Assembly (NCBI GenBank): GCA_024276425.1
Contig: JAJRXF010000102.1
Location: 20,536-84,535 of the forward strand
Direction of reading: 5' to 3'
Origin: Actinomycetes bacterium
GTDB taxonomy: Bacteria > Actinomycetota > Acidimicrobiia > Acidimicrobiales > SZUA-35
DNA: 64,000 nt
Shown here: positions 35,929-46,054 of the stretch, in pieces
How the letters are laid out: each line of letters begins with the position of its first letter
Numbering within the stretch: the first letter of the stretch is position 1
Program-made: the position numbers and the translations under genes
Notes under the pieces: model-generated
What the model was told of the DNA's origin: nothing
What the model saw: only the letters and a program-made list of their open reading frames with translations
Database searches by the model: none

Positions 35929-38574
35929 CTACCGTGGATCGGGTTGACTTAGCCCTCCGAGCACCGCCTGGGCAGCCGCCAGCCGGGCGATTGGGACCCG
36001 ATAGGGGGAGCAGGACACATAGTCTAGGCCACATTCCCAAAAGAATCCGATGGACGCGGGGTCACCGCCATGTTCGCCGCAGATTCCGAGTTTTATTCCC
36101 GGGTTGGCGGCACGAGCGGCTTCCGATGCCCTGCGCATCAGTGCTCCGACTCCGAGCACATCCAGTGTTTGAAAAGGATTGGCCCCAAGAAGTGAACGGT
36201 CGACATACTCACCCACAATCCGACTCTCGACATCATCACGACTAAATCCGAGAGTCATCTGAGTCAAATCATTCGTGCCGAAGCTAAAGAAGTCTGCTCC
36301 GGGAGCAATCGCCTCAGCACACAGTGCCGCTCGCGGGGTCTCCACCATCGAGCCAATACGAACATCCAGTGGCTCATCAGCCAACTCATTAGCAGTCGCT
36401 ACCTCGGCCTCAATCCAACTTCTGACCAGATCCAGTTCGGGTCGATTGATGATAAGGGGCACCATGATCTCGATCCGCGGGTGTCCCCCAGCGGATCGAT
36501 GCTCCAACCCGGCGGCCATGATGGCCTTGGCCTGCATTCGAAATAGACCGGGCCGGAGGATCCCCAGTCGGACTCCTCTGGTCCCGAGCATCGGGTTGGA
36601 TTCGCTCCACTCTCGCGCTGCTGACAAAAGAGCCTGTTCCCGCTCGGATAGTGTGCCAGAGGACTCGGCCAGGCTGAGTTCTTCGATCTTGGGTAGAAAT
36701 TCATGCAATGGTGGATCGAGAAGGCGGATGGTCACCGGAAGACCATCCATTGCCTGCAACAGATCAAGGAAGTCCCGCTGCTGAACCTCAGCCAAAGCCG
36801 ACAGTGCGGCGGATTCCTCTTCCTCACTAGTTGCCAGGATCATGGCCTGGACCAGGGGCAGCCGCTCACCGAGGAACTGATGCTCGGTACGACACAACCC
36901 GATTCCCTCAGCCCCAAACTCCCTGGCTACTAACGCGTCATCCGCGGTATCAGCGTTGGCTCGAACCTCGAGTTTTCCTTCACGGATCTCATCCGCCCAG
37001 GCCAAGATCTGGGTCATGTCAGTGTTCGGCTCGCTCTGCGCGGTGCCAATCTCGCCCACGAATACGGTGCCCGCTCCACCGTCGATGCTAATCAGATCCC
37101 CCTGGTTGACTCTGGTCTCCCCGACTTTGAAGAACCCGTCTCCAACAATGATGTCGCTGGCACCACAGACCGCGGGCTTACCCCAACCGCGAGCGACAAC
37201 TGCGGCATGGCTGGCCAAACCCCCTTTGGTGGTGAGAATGCCCTCTGCGATTGACATCCCGGGCACGTCTTCGGGTGAAGTTTCATCTTTCACCAGGATG
37301 ACATCCTCACCTTCGTCATACGCATCCAGGGCATCATCGGCGCTGAAGTACACCCTGCCAACCGCAGCGCCCGGGGAGGCCCCCAGGCCTGCGGCAAGCA
37401 CCTCCGCCTGCGACTGCTCGAACTGTGGATGAAGGATCTGATCGAGGTGATCGCCGCTGACCCTGAGCACTGCTTCATGGACCGACAGCGGATTGGTCGG
37501 ACGACGAGTACCTTCCACCGCTGCTCTCACCGCTGCCACTCCCGACCGGTCGGCCACCTGAGCCTGGAGTAGCCAGAACTCGCCTCGTTCCACCGTGAAC
37601 TCCACACTCATCATGTCTCGGTACTCGGCCTCTAAGAGGTTGACGGAACGTCCTAGAGCAGCCATTGCATCGGGGAGTTCTGCTTCGAGCTCGGCCAGGG
37701 ACCGCACCTGAGCATTGCCAGCGGTCACGTCTTCGCCCTGGCCACCAGTAACAAACTGCACAAAAAGCCCCGCCGCACCAGTTCGAGGATCGTGGCTACA
37801 CGCGAGCCCACTTCCCGAACGGCTATCTCGATTGCCAAAAACCATTCGCTGGACAGTAACCGCAGTCCCAAGATCATGATGGATGCGTTCGCGGCTCCGG
37901 TACGCGTGGGAGATGGGGTCGTTCCAACGTTGGAATGCGGCCAGAATTGACCCCTCAAGTTGCTGTCGGGGATCTTGGGGGAATGGAGCGGACCCTTCAC
38001 CCTCAACGATCTCCAGAAAGCTCTGCACAACAAAACCCAATGCGTCACTTGTGAGCTCGCCGTCCTTGAGCACCCCACTGTCCGCTCGTGCCCGTGCCAA
38101 ACACTGCTCGAAGGCCTCCATCGGGACCCCCAGGACAAGATGGCCATACATTTGGATTAGCCGTCGATAGCTGTCGCTGGCGAATCGCCAGTCGCCCGTC
38201 GCCTCCGCCAGGGCCTGGGTCGTCTTGTCGTTAAGACCAATGTTGAGCACGGTCTCCATCGCCCCTGGCATTGGCAGAGCTGCACCGGCCCGCACACTCA
38301 AAAGCAACGGATCAGGACCGCCAAGAGTGGCCTGGCAGCGTACTGAAAGGCCCTGCAGGCTTGCTTCCAGCTCTTCTCTTAGCTGGGAGGAAAGCTTCCC
38401 AGCAGCAAGCGTCTGTCGGCAACTGCGCGTACTCAGGGTGAATCCTGGCGGTACCGGAAGGGATAGGACCGAGGTCATCTCGGCCAGGTCGGCTCCCTTC
38501 GCCCCAAGCAGACCGCCGAGGGAACGGGGTGAGTCGCGATGTTGATGGTCCAGCGGAAAAATGGTTCGCACCAC
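35929..38574 (-). CDS. ppdK: Pyruvate, phosphate dikinase
   Basis: LLGAKGADLAEM, phosphohistidine loop GGLASHAAVVARGWGKPAV and PEP-utilising C-terminus CGEHGGDP. 881 aa. Confidence 0.93.
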   Translation of the reverse strand: MVRTIFPLDHQHRDSPRSLGGLLGAKGADLAEMTSVLSLPVPPGFTLSTRSCRQTLAAGKLSSQLREELEASLQGLSVRCQATLGGPDPLLLSVRAGAALPMPGAMETVLNIGLNDKTTQALAEATGDWRFASDSYRRLIQMYGHLVLGVPMEAFEQCLARARADSGVLKDGELTSDALGFVVQSFLEIVEGEGSAPFPQDPRQQLEGSILAAFQRWNDPISHAYRSRERIHHDLGTAVTVQRMVFGNRDSRSGSGLACSHDPRTGAAGLFVQFVTGGQGEDVTAGNAQVRSLAELEAELPDAMAALGRSVNLLEAEYRDMMSVEFTVERGEFWLLQAQVADRSGVAAVRAAVEGTRRPTNPLSVHEAVLRVSGDHLDQILHPQFEQSQAEVLAAGLGASPGAAVGRVYFSADDALDAYDEGEDVILVKDETSPEDVPGMSIAEGILTTKGGLASHAAVVARGWGKPAVCGASDIIVGDGFFKVGETRVNQGDLISIDGGAGTVFVGEIGTAQSEPNTDMTQILAWADEIREGKLEVRANADTADDALVAREFGAEGIGLCRTEHQFLGERLPLVQAMILATSEEEESAALSALAEVQQRDFLDLLQAMDGLPVTIRLLDPPLHEFLPKIEELSLAESSGTLSEREQALLSAAREWSESNPMLGTRGVRLGILRPGLFRMQAKAIMAAGLEHRSAGGHPRIEIMVPLIINRPELDLVRSWIEAEVATANELADEPLDVRIGSMVETPRAALCAEAIAPGADFFSFGTNDLTQMTLGFSRDDVESRIVGEYVDRSLLGANPFQTLDVLGVGALMRRASEAARAANPGIKLGICGEHGGDPASIGFFWECGLDYVSCSPYRVPIARLAAAQAVLGGLSQPDPR

Positions 38575-38643
38575 AGAACATTAGACCGTGGAGACTTTGA
38601 CAAGAAAGGCTCTTGACTCGCCAACTCTTTTGGTAGCTGGATG

Positions 38644-39963
38644 CTATTCGTCTAGTCGCTCAGCCAACCAGCCTCGAACCGCATCCAAGGGAATCCGAAC
38701 CTGCTCCATTGAGTCCCGCTCTCTGATGGTCACGGACTTGTCTTCTAACGTCTCAAAATCGTAGGTAACGCAAAATGGTGTGCCGATCTCGTCTTGGCGG
38801 CGGTAGCGCTTACCAATGGCCTGGGTTTGGTCGTAGTCGCACATCCAGCGGCCAGAGAGTTCGTTTGCAAGCTCGGTTGCCGGTCCGCTGAGCTCTGGTT
38901 TCTTGGACAGGGGCAGCACCGCCACCTTGTAGGGGGCAATGCGATGATGAAGTCGCAGAACGGTGCGGGTGTCGTCATTGACTTGTTCCTCCTCATAGGC
39001 CGCCATGAGGAAAGCCATCATGGTTCGCGTGGCCCCAGCCGCCGGCTCGATCACATAGGGGGTGTATCGCTCCTTGGTGACCTGGTCGTAGTACTCAAGC
39101 TTGGCCCCCGCCGCCTTGGCGTGTTGGGTGAGGTCGAAGTCGCCCCGATTGGCGATGCCCTCTAATTCATCCCAGCCCCAGGGGAAAAGGTATTCAACGT
39201 CGGAGGTACCGAGGGAGTAGTGGCTCAACTCGTCGTCTTCGTGAGGCCGCAGCATCAACTGATCGGTGGGAATACCATGATCGATGTACCACTGCAAGCG
39301 AGTTTGGCACCAGTATTCATACCACTGAGGCGCCTCGGCCGGGGGAACAAAGAACTCCATCTCCATCTGCTCAAACTCCCGAGTTCGAAACACAAAGTTC
39401 CCTGGAGTGATCTCGTTGCGAAAGCTCTTGCCAATCTGGGCGATCCCAAAGGGCGGCTTCTTACGGGTGGTGTACTGCACGTTCGCGTAGTTGATAAACA
39501 TGCCCTGAGCAGTCTCCGGACGCAGATAGACCTCTGCTCCTGCTCCCTCCACCGGGCCAGCGGTGGTCTTAAACATGAGATTGAAATTTCGGGGCTCAGT
39601 GAGTTCCCCGGAGACTCCACATGTCGGGCACAGGTCCTTCTTCTTCAGCTTGTCCTGACGGTGCCGCGCTCCACAGTTGCGGCAATCCACCAAAGGATCG
39701 GTGAAGTTGGACAAATGGCCCGAGGCTTCCCATACTGCAGGTGGCGAGAGGATCGAGGCGTCAAGACCAACGACGTCTTGTCGCATCTGTACCATGGAGC
39801 GCCACCAGGCATCCTTGACGTTTCGGAGCATGAGAACACCAATTGGGCCGTAGTCATAGGTCGAGCGAAAACCACCGTAGATTTCGGCCGATGGGTAGAC
39901 GATTCCCCGTCGTTTTGAGAGATTGACGATCTTGTCGAATAACCCTGGATCCGGCGTAGTCAT
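38644..39963 (-). CDS. glyQS: Glycine--tRNA ligase (dimeric class II GlyQS type)
   Basis: Internal ATG 39963 gives MTTPDPGLFDKIVNLSKRRGIVYPSAEIYGG. Class II motifs FRNEITPGNFVFRTREFEQMEMEFF. Confidence 0.92.
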   Translation of the reverse strand: MTTPDPGLFDKIVNLSKRRGIVYPSAEIYGGFRSTYDYGPIGVLMLRNVKDAWWRSMVQMRQDVVGLDASILSPPAVWEASGHLSNFTDPLVDCRNCGARHRQDKLKKKDLCPTCGVSGELTEPRNFNLMFKTTAGPVEGAGAEVYLRPETAQGMFINYANVQYTTRKKPPFGIAQIGKSFRNEITPGNFVFRTREFEQMEMEFFVPPAEAPQWYEYWCQTRLQWYIDHGIPTDQLMLRPHEDDELSHYSLGTSDVEYLFPWGWDELEGIANRGDFDLTQHAKAAGAKLEYYDQVTKERYTPYVIEPAAGATRTMMAFLMAAYEEEQVNDDTRTVLRLHHRIAPYKVAVLPLSKKPELSGPATELANELSGRWMCDYDQTQAIGKRYRRQDEIGTPFCVTYDFETLEDKSVTIRERDSMEQVRIPLDAVRGWLAERLDE

Positions 39964-40080
39964 GGAGGGGCAGCGTAGCTTAAGCAAAACTCTGGGCGAC
40001 CTCTTTAATGTTGCTGGCACCTCCCATTCTGATTTCATCGCCCCAAGGTCCCCGATGCTGGCCCGATTTGGCGACAGAAT

Positions 40081-41304
40081 GTGTGGATGCTCGACCCTTT
40101 ACTTACTGATGTGCTCCGTCGCCGAATCTTGGCGTCAGTCATTGACCTCTTGGGCATCGGCCTTGTAACTGGACTTGTTGGCTGGAGCCAAGCCGAAGTC
40201 TTCACTCCGGACAGTTTCGATCCGACTACGGGAGAAGCTATTTGGAGCAGCGCCGATCAGGCCCGCCTCACCGACATCTACAACAACCTGTGGAATCGGA
40301 TGCAAGAAGTCGGAGGATCCCAATACGTATGGACCTCCGAGCCAGCCAAGGTCGTAGGCTTCGTCGGACTTCTCGCAACCTTAGTGGTCTTTGTTTTTGT
40401 GCCCTTATTGACCCAATCGACACCGGGCCAGAAACTATTTGGGCTCCGCATCTCGGATCTGCAGGGCAAGTCCGCCTCGCTTCTTCAACTCTTGATCCGC
40501 ACCCTGGTTGGGGTCATTGATCTGTTGCCCGTCGTCATTCCTGGCCTCTTAGGCTGGCTCCTGGCCAAAGCGAATCCGCAGAAGCAGCGTCTAGGTGACC
40601 GCCTGGCCGGTACCACGGTAATCGACACGCATGGCCCAGTCCGGCTCCTGAGCGACAAGGAATTGAGCCAGCGTTCGTCTCAGCCAGCGGAAGCCGATGA
40701 GTCAATGGTCGATCTCGGAAGTCGACTGGGGCAGAGCTCAGCCAGCGTCTCTGCAACCGCGGCGGCATCCCAAGCCACCGATGAGACTGACTCCCTTGAT
40801 TTGGCCCAAGCTCCCCCCGAGACCGATGGCATCACACCAGAGTCACCCCCCGAAACCGATAGCATCACACCAGAGTCACCCCCCGATCTGGCGCCGGATG
40901 TTCAGATGCCCGCAGTTGAAATACCAGCAGTTGAGCCGGTGAAGCAGGAACACTTGGCAGAGGGTCCTTCGGAACCGATAGTTGAAACACCAGCCGCGAC
41001 CAGTCTGTCTCCGGTTGAAGAATCCTTGGATGCGGCGTCTCTCGATTCGCTCTTACCCCCTCCACCTTTGCACCGCTCCGGAGAATGGGAAGCGCCAACG
41101 GCCGAGGCTGCGCCCATTTGGATTCCAGAACCCGAAACCACAGAACCCGAAACCACAGAAACCGAAGCGACCACACTTGATGCGGCCACTGCCGCTGAGC
41201 CACACTGGAGCGAAGAGTGGCAGGCATGGATCTTTTGGGACGACGAACACCAACAATGGCTCCTCCACGACATTGAGTCCGATCTCTGGGTGCCAATCAG
41301 CTAG
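40081..41304 (+). CDS. RDD family membrane protein with a long acidic, repeat-containing C-terminal tail
   Basis: N-terminal RRILASVIDLLGIGLV plus TM segments typical of RDD. The tail carries PPETD(G/S)ITPES x2 and EPETT repeats. Confidence 0.75.
   Translation: MWMLDPLLTDVLRRRILASVIDLLGIGLVTGLVGWSQAEVFTPDSFDPTTGEAIWSSADQARLTDIYNNLWNRMQEVGGSQYVWTSEPAKVVGFVGLLATLVVFVFVPLLTQSTPGQKLFGLRISDLQGKSASLLQLLIRTLVGVIDLLPVVIPGLLGWLLAKANPQKQRLGDRLAGTTVIDTHGPVRLLSDKELSQRSSQPAEADESMVDLGSRLGQSSASVSATAAASQATDETDSLDLAQAPPETDGITPESPPETDSITPESPPDLAPDVQMPAVEIPAVEPVKQEHLAEGPSEPIVETPAATSLSPVEESLDAASLDSLLPPPPLHRSGEWEAPTAEAAPIWIPEPETTEPETTETEATTLDAATAAEPHWSEEWQAWIFWDDEHQQWLLHDIESDLWVPIS
40813..40887. repeat. 33-nt x2.3 in-frame tandem repeat inside the RDD protein tail
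   Basis: CCCCCCGAGACCGATGGCATCACACCAGAGTCA and a near-identical copy, followed by a partial third. Confidence 0.85.
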
Positions 41305-42027
41305 CTAGCTCAAGTGTTCATAAGCGACTCGGGAGGAGCGCAAGCGTCTCTCAAAGTGTTGATCCAGCATGATGCTTGACAACGACTGGAGTTCCTCAGC
41401 TACGGAGTTTTCTGTTGTATCCAGCACATGACGTACATGCCCCTCAAACACGTGCTGCATAGCCACGCGTGCGCCTGCGCTCATGAACCCACCAGATCGA
41501 CACCGGTCACAGAGCACGCCTCCCCTACTCAAATCCAGTGACACAAGGCCGTCGGAACGAGAGCACTCAACGCAGGCTTCCAGCATCGGCTGCACACCTT
41601 CAAGCTTCAGCAGCTTGGCCACAAAGGCTGGGACAATAAGTGGATTTCCCGCCCGGTCTAGTTCACGAAGCGCACCAGTCAACAATTTGAAAAGAGCAGG
41701 CGACGGTTCTGCCTCTTCACTGGCCAAATCAACCGCCTCAAGCAGGATGGCTGCTCTTCCGTATCGCATCAAATCACGCCGAAAGCTCGCGTGGACCTGA
41801 CGAGTTTCAACCTGGGTCACGATGTCGAGGTTTCGCCCCTCATACAGTTGGGCATGAACCACCGTTGACGGTTCGAGCCGCGCACCAAACTTGCTCTTCG
41901 TCCGTCGAATCCCCTTCGCAACCGCCCGGGTCTTCCCTCTTGTCCGCGTATACAACACGATGATCCGGTCGGCCTCACCCAACTTATAGCTCCGTAGGAC
42001 AACGGCATCCTCACGATAAAGCGTCAT
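41305..42027 (-). CDS. recO: DNA repair protein RecO
   Basis: MTLYREDAVVLRSYKLGEADRIIVLYTRTRGKTRAVAKGIRRTKSKFGARLEP. Cys-rich zinc motif CVECS...CDRC. Confidence 0.9.
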   Translation of the reverse strand: MTLYREDAVVLRSYKLGEADRIIVLYTRTRGKTRAVAKGIRRTKSKFGARLEPSTVVHAQLYEGRNLDIVTQVETRQVHASFRRDLMRYGRAAILLEAVDLASEEAEPSPALFKLLTGALRELDRAGNPLIVPAFVAKLLKLEGVQPMLEACVECSRSDGLVSLDLSRGGVLCDRCRSGGFMSAGARVAMQHVFEGHVRHVLDTTENSVAEELQSLSSIMLDQHFERRLRSSRVAYEHLS

Positions 42028-42782
42028 GATTGGGACTTCAAACCACCAAATCGACGGTCGCGTTGCTGATACTCGCCGACTGCCACGGCTAGGTGCTCAC
42101 GTCGAAAATCTGGCCAAAGCGTCTCGACAAACACGAGTTCGGCGTACGCAGCCTGCCAGATCAAGAAGTTCGAAATCCGATGTTCACCCGAGGTACGAAT
42201 CCATAGATCGACCTCGGGCATCTCGGGGTCATACAAGCGACTGGCGATCGCAGACTCAGAAAGTTTGGCACCCTCATCGACGAGTGACTTGACCGCATCA
42301 ACCAATTCAGCCCTGCCTCCATAGTTGAAGGCAATCGTCAGAGTCATGCGAGCATTGTGCTTAGTAAGGTCAACGGAGCGGTCCATCTGTTTCAGGAGGC
42401 GTTTTGGGACACGCCAGTCTCTACGCCCGATAAAGCGGATTCGTACTCCAAGTTCATGAAGCTCATCACGCCGGCGAACCAACAACGATTCGTTGAACCC
42501 CATGAGGAATCGAACCTCATCCGTTGGCCGCCGCCAGTTCTCTGTCGAGAATGCGTAAACGGTTAGCCACGAGATGCCAAGGTCCAATGCCCCATGAATA
42601 GCATCGAGTAAAGCCTCCTCCCCCGCGCTATGGCCATCGGTCCTTTTGAGGCCCCGCTGCTGCGCCCAGCGACCATTTCCGTCCATTACGCAGGCAACGT
42701 GGGCGGGAATGCGATCCGGGTCGAGGCCTGAGATATCCATTGGACGAAACCGTACCCGAGGAGTTCCCCAGGCGCGCAGCAT
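42024..42782 (-). CDS. uppS: Isoprenyl transferase (undecaprenyl/decaprenyl diphosphate synthase)
   Basis: HVACVMDGNGRWA, FSTENWRRP and RTSGEHRISNFLIWQAAYAELVF. 4-nt overlap with recO. Confidence 0.93.
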   Translation of the reverse strand: MLRAWGTPRVRFRPMDISGLDPDRIPAHVACVMDGNGRWAQQRGLKRTDGHSAGEEALLDAIHGALDLGISWLTVYAFSTENWRRPTDEVRFLMGFNESLLVRRRDELHELGVRIRFIGRRDWRVPKRLLKQMDRSVDLTKHNARMTLTIAFNYGGRAELVDAVKSLVDEGAKLSESAIASRLYDPEMPEVDLWIRTSGEHRISNFLIWQAAYAELVFVETLWPDFRREHLAVAVGEYQQRDRRFGGLKSQS

Positions 42783-42896
42783 TGAAAATCAAACGAAAAT
42801 CGTCCTCAGGATCTGGCGCGGATCACGGCGACGAAACAAGACTGTTCGCTCTCTACAAATCCCGGCAGGTGCTCTAAGGGGTCCCGACAGGTGGCT

Positions 42897-44102
42897 CTAA
42901 GGGGCGTCCGACGTCGGTACCTCAGATTGCGCCGCCGTCGTCGTGATCACTACCTCTGTGGTTTGTGCCACCGTTGTTTCTGGAGCCGGCGTCGGTGCCG
43001 GTGCCGGCGTCGGTGCCGGCGTCGGTGCCGGCGTCGGTGCCGGCGTCGGTGCCGGAGCAATTGTTGGAGCCGGAGGTGGCTCGGTAATTGTCGTGGCTAC
43101 CGTATCCACCACGGTCGTTGACGTCACCGTCGCAGCCGTCGTGGTTATGGGACGGCGTGTGGTTGCAGGACGGCGCGTGGTTCTAGGCGCCGTTACCACC
43201 GGAGCAGCCGTGGTCGGTGCTGGGGTGGTAACCACCGTCGTGGTTGGAGCCTGCGTCGTTTCGAGCACCGTGGTGGTTGGGGCCTCCGTGGTCTCCAGCA
43301 CGATGACGGCTCCGCTATCGGTCGGAATCTCCGCTGTGGTCGACGATGGCTGGGTGTCGGCGCTCTGGTCTACCGTCGCAACATCATTCCCACCTGAAGA
43401 CCCAATCGCTCCCACAAGTTGCAAACCTCCAAGACCAACAACTAATGCCCCGACTCCAACCATCAACGGCATCCGCCACCACGGGGGAAGCTCTAACTCT
43501 TGGGCCGGAACGAATGCCACTGCCGCCGTGTTCAGTGTCAAACTCTTTCGTGACCCAAACAGAGAACTGTCCGCAGATTCCGCCCTCGACTCCGAGACCG
43601 CTGACGCCAAGTCGATCTGCTCCGGTTCGTCTCGAGGATGATCGAATAGGGAACTTCCAATGTCAAGAACCGGAGCTTCGACCGCTTCGGTGTCGCCAGC
43701 GGAGAAAATATCGACCTTCGCTAGGTCGACAACGGGCTGAGAATCGGTCTTGTCCGAGAGCGATGAGTCACCCTCGGCTGAGGACGGAGTTTCGAATAGT
43801 CGAATCGGTGCCGCCTCTTGTTCGTCTTCGGTGAGGCCAGCTACGGAGAAGACGTCAACGACTTCCATTCTGGCCGAAGAAGTAGCGTCGCCTGCTAAGG
43901 CAGTACCGTCATCACCCTCAGCTTCTTCACCCTCGGAGGAGCGAGCCGCCCGCTCAGCCTGGCGAAGGTCGATAATGTAGTCTCGGCCGATTCCTTGACG
44001 AACAAAGTCATCACCAAAGATCGACTTCTCCTCCATTGCCTCTTCTTTTGCCTTGTCGTTCTCACCAGTTTTCATGCCGTCGAAAATCGTTTCGTCTGTC
44101 AA
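42897..44102 (-). CDS. Membrane-anchored low-complexity protein (acidic N-terminus, one TM, Thr/Pro/Ala-rich exterior)
   Basis: TTG start at 44102. TM segment WWRMPLMVGVGALVVGLGGLQLVGAIG. C-terminus carries TTEAPTTTV and APTP repeats. Confidence 0.6.
   Translation of the reverse strand: MTDETIFDGMKTGENDKAKEEAMEEKSIFGDDFVRQGIGRDYIIDLRQAERAARSSEGEEAEGDDGTALAGDATSSARMEVVDVFSVAGLTEDEQEAAPIRLFETPSSAEGDSSLSDKTDSQPVVDLAKVDIFSAGDTEAVEAPVLDIGSSLFDHPRDEPEQIDLASAVSESRAESADSSLFGSRKSLTLNTAAVAFVPAQELELPPWWRMPLMVGVGALVVGLGGLQLVGAIGSSGGNDVATVDQSADTQPSSTTAEIPTDSGAVIVLETTEAPTTTVLETTQAPTTTVVTTPAPTTAAPVVTAPRTTRRPATTRRPITTTAATVTSTTVVDTVATTITEPPPAPTIAPAPTPAPTPAPTPAPTPAPAPTPAPETTVAQTTEVVITTTAAQSEVPTSDAP
42985..43056. 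repeat. 12-nt tandem repeat (GCCGGCGTCGGT, about 5.5 copies) encoding (PTPA)n on the minus strand
   Basis: Read directly from the sequence. One 6-nt half unit is inserted after copy 1. Confidence 0.85.
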
Positions 44103-44152
44103 GGGAGTCGTCCTAGCCTTTCGGCATCACCAAAGCCTAATCCGCTAGAATA

Positions 44153-46042
44153 GTGCCTAGGATCGGGTCGGTGTCCAGCATTCGTACCCAGCTAGGTAGG
44201 GTCACCCAGCAACTCCCGACCGGAGGCGAAGACCGTCCCGGCCAGCTAGCCATGGCTGAGGCAGTCCGAGCGGCTCTTGACGAGAACGGCATCCTCCTGG
44301 TCGAGGCGGGCACTGGAACCGGCAAGTCTTTCGCCTACCTGACACCGATCGTTGCTGCCGAAAAACGAGCTGTCATTGCTACCGCCACGATCGCTCTACA
44401 AGGGCAAATAGTCGACAACGACCTCCCGATAGTAGCCACCGGACTCGATCGAAATGTCAGTGCCGCGGTTCTTAAGGGTCGAGGCAACTATCTGTGTGTA
44501 CAGCGACTGGCGGAACTTGACCGATCGAGCCACACAGATCAACTTCAACTGTTGGGCGGGAGCTCACCGGGCGAGCAGCTCACCCGAGTTCGAAAATGGG
44601 CCGAATCTACTACCTCTGGAGACAAGGAAGAGCTCGATCCCAGCCCATCTCATGAAGTTTGGCGGGCCCTTAGCGTTGGTGCAGAGGAGTGCCCGGGAGC
44701 CGCCCGCTGTCCATCCGGCAAGGAATGCTTCTCCGAACAAGCAAGAAGAACGGCCAACGAGGCAGACATCATCGTCACCAACCACCACTATTACGGCCTC
44801 CACCTCGCTTCCGGTGGAGCCCTCTTACCCGACCATGAGATCGTGGTCTTTGATGAGGCCCATCACCTTCCGGAGGTTCTAGGCGCAACCTGTGGTACCG
44901 AGGTAAGCGGCAATCGGCTTCGTAACCTTGCTCGCAAGGTTCGAGCGGTCCTAACCGATGACAAACTCTCCATCGGGCTGGACAAATCCGCCATTGATCT
45001 CGACAACATGCTACGAGAAAGCGTAGGGCGCACCGTCGAATTCACCGTCGACCTGGTGTCTGTCCTTAGCAATGCTCGGGACCGTTCCGACACGGCCGCG
45101 AACGGTCTTAAACTTGCTAACCCGGCGCCCGGCTCAGACACCGCTGCTCGCGTCGAACGGGCCCAGAAGGGTGCGTTGGCCATGACCAACGGCATCGATC
45201 AGATCATCCAAGCCAGTGAAAGCGATGTCGTCTGGGTCGACGGGAGCGCCAACGCTCCTGTTCTTCGTCGCACCCCGATCGAGGTTGGTGACATATTGGA
45301 CAAGCAACTATGGGGCGAGCGTGCTGTCACTCTGACCAGTGCCACACTTCCCGACGGACTGATACCCCAACTTGGTCTGGACAAAAGTACCGAGATCCTC
45401 CGGGTTGGGTCCCCCTTCAACTTCGAGAAACTGGGACTTCTCTACTGTCCGCTACACCTTCCTGAACCACGCCACCCCACCCACCGCCAGGCAGTTCGAG
45501 AAGAGATGCGGATTCTTATCCAAGCCGCCGGAGGACGCACGCTTGGGCTGTTCACGAGTGCGTCCGCCATGCGAGAGGCCGCTGAGCAACTGCGAGAAGA
45601 ATTGGGTTTTCCCGTTCTCCTTCAGGGCGAAAAGCCCAAGCCTGCCCTCATCCAGGCATTCAAGGAAAACCCCAAGGCCGTGCTATTGGCCACCCTCTCA
45701 TTCTGGCAGGGTGTAGACCTGCCAGGAGATACCCTCACTCTGGTCACAATCGACCGCCTCCCATTTCCTCGTCCGGACGAGCCAGTGCTGCAGGCAAGAC
45801 GGGACCGAGCCGGACCAATGGCATTTCGCACCATTGACTTGCCCCGGGCACAAACCTTGTTAGCTCAGGCGGCCGGTCGACTTGTGCGACGGGGAGATGA
45901 CCGAGGTGTCGTCGCCGTGCTCGACACGCGTTTCGCTACCAAAAGGGCATACCGGTGGGACCTCATCAACGCACTGCCACCATTCAAACGGACAAAGGAC
46001 CAAGCTGAGGTCACCGACTTCTTGCGATCACTAGATCTCTAG
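44153..46042 (+). CDS. dinG: DinG/XPD-family ATP-dependent DNA helicase
   Basis: Walker A LVEAGTGTGKSFAYL, DEAH box VFDEAHHL, Cys cluster (YLCVQR..ECPGAARCPSGKEC) consistent with an Fe-S domain, and C-terminal helicase motifs. Confidence 0.88.
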   Translation: MPRIGSVSSIRTQLGRVTQQLPTGGEDRPGQLAMAEAVRAALDENGILLVEAGTGTGKSFAYLTPIVAAEKRAVIATATIALQGQIVDNDLPIVATGLDRNVSAAVLKGRGNYLCVQRLAELDRSSHTDQLQLLGGSSPGEQLTRVRKWAESTTSGDKEELDPSPSHEVWRALSVGAEECPGAARCPSGKECFSEQARRTANEADIIVTNHHYYGLHLASGGALLPDHEIVVFDEAHHLPEVLGATCGTEVSGNRLRNLARKVRAVLTDDKLSIGLDKSAIDLDNMLRESVGRTVEFTVDLVSVLSNARDRSDTAANGLKLANPAPGSDTAARVERAQKGALAMTNGIDQIIQASESDVVWVDGSANAPVLRRTPIEVGDILDKQLWGERAVTLTSATLPDGLIPQLGLDKSTEILRVGSPFNFEKLGLLYCPLHLPEPRHPTHRQAVREEMRILIQAAGGRTLGLFTSASAMREAAEQLREELGFPVLLQGEKPKPALIQAFKENPKAVLLATLSFWQGVDLPGDTLTLVTIDRLPFPRPDEPVLQARRDRAGPMAFRTIDLPRAQTLLAQAAGRLVRRGDDRGVVAVLDTRFATKRAYRWDLINALPPFKRTKDQAEVTDFLRSLDL

Positions 46043-46054
46043 CACGCCTACGGC

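Noticed and set aside
34465-35952. 495-aa plus-strand ORF antisense to dnaG; likewise 47540..48454 (antisense to CNNM), 14433..15260 (antisense to the M16 peptidase), 42943..43641 (antisense to the Thr/Pro-rich gene), 3862..4536 (antisense to trpD) and 36956..37432 (antisense to ppdK)
   Set aside because: Their composition is Arg/Ser/Pro/Gly-rich and low-complexity, with no motifs. Each is fully contained opposite a gene with strong family signatures, which is the typical shadow ORF of GC-rich DNA.
38575-38643. Possible leaderless promoter for ppdK (TAATGT 3 nt before the GTG GTG start)
   Set aside because: There is only a -10-like hexamer with no convincing -35 or extended -10. This cannot be supported without TSS data.
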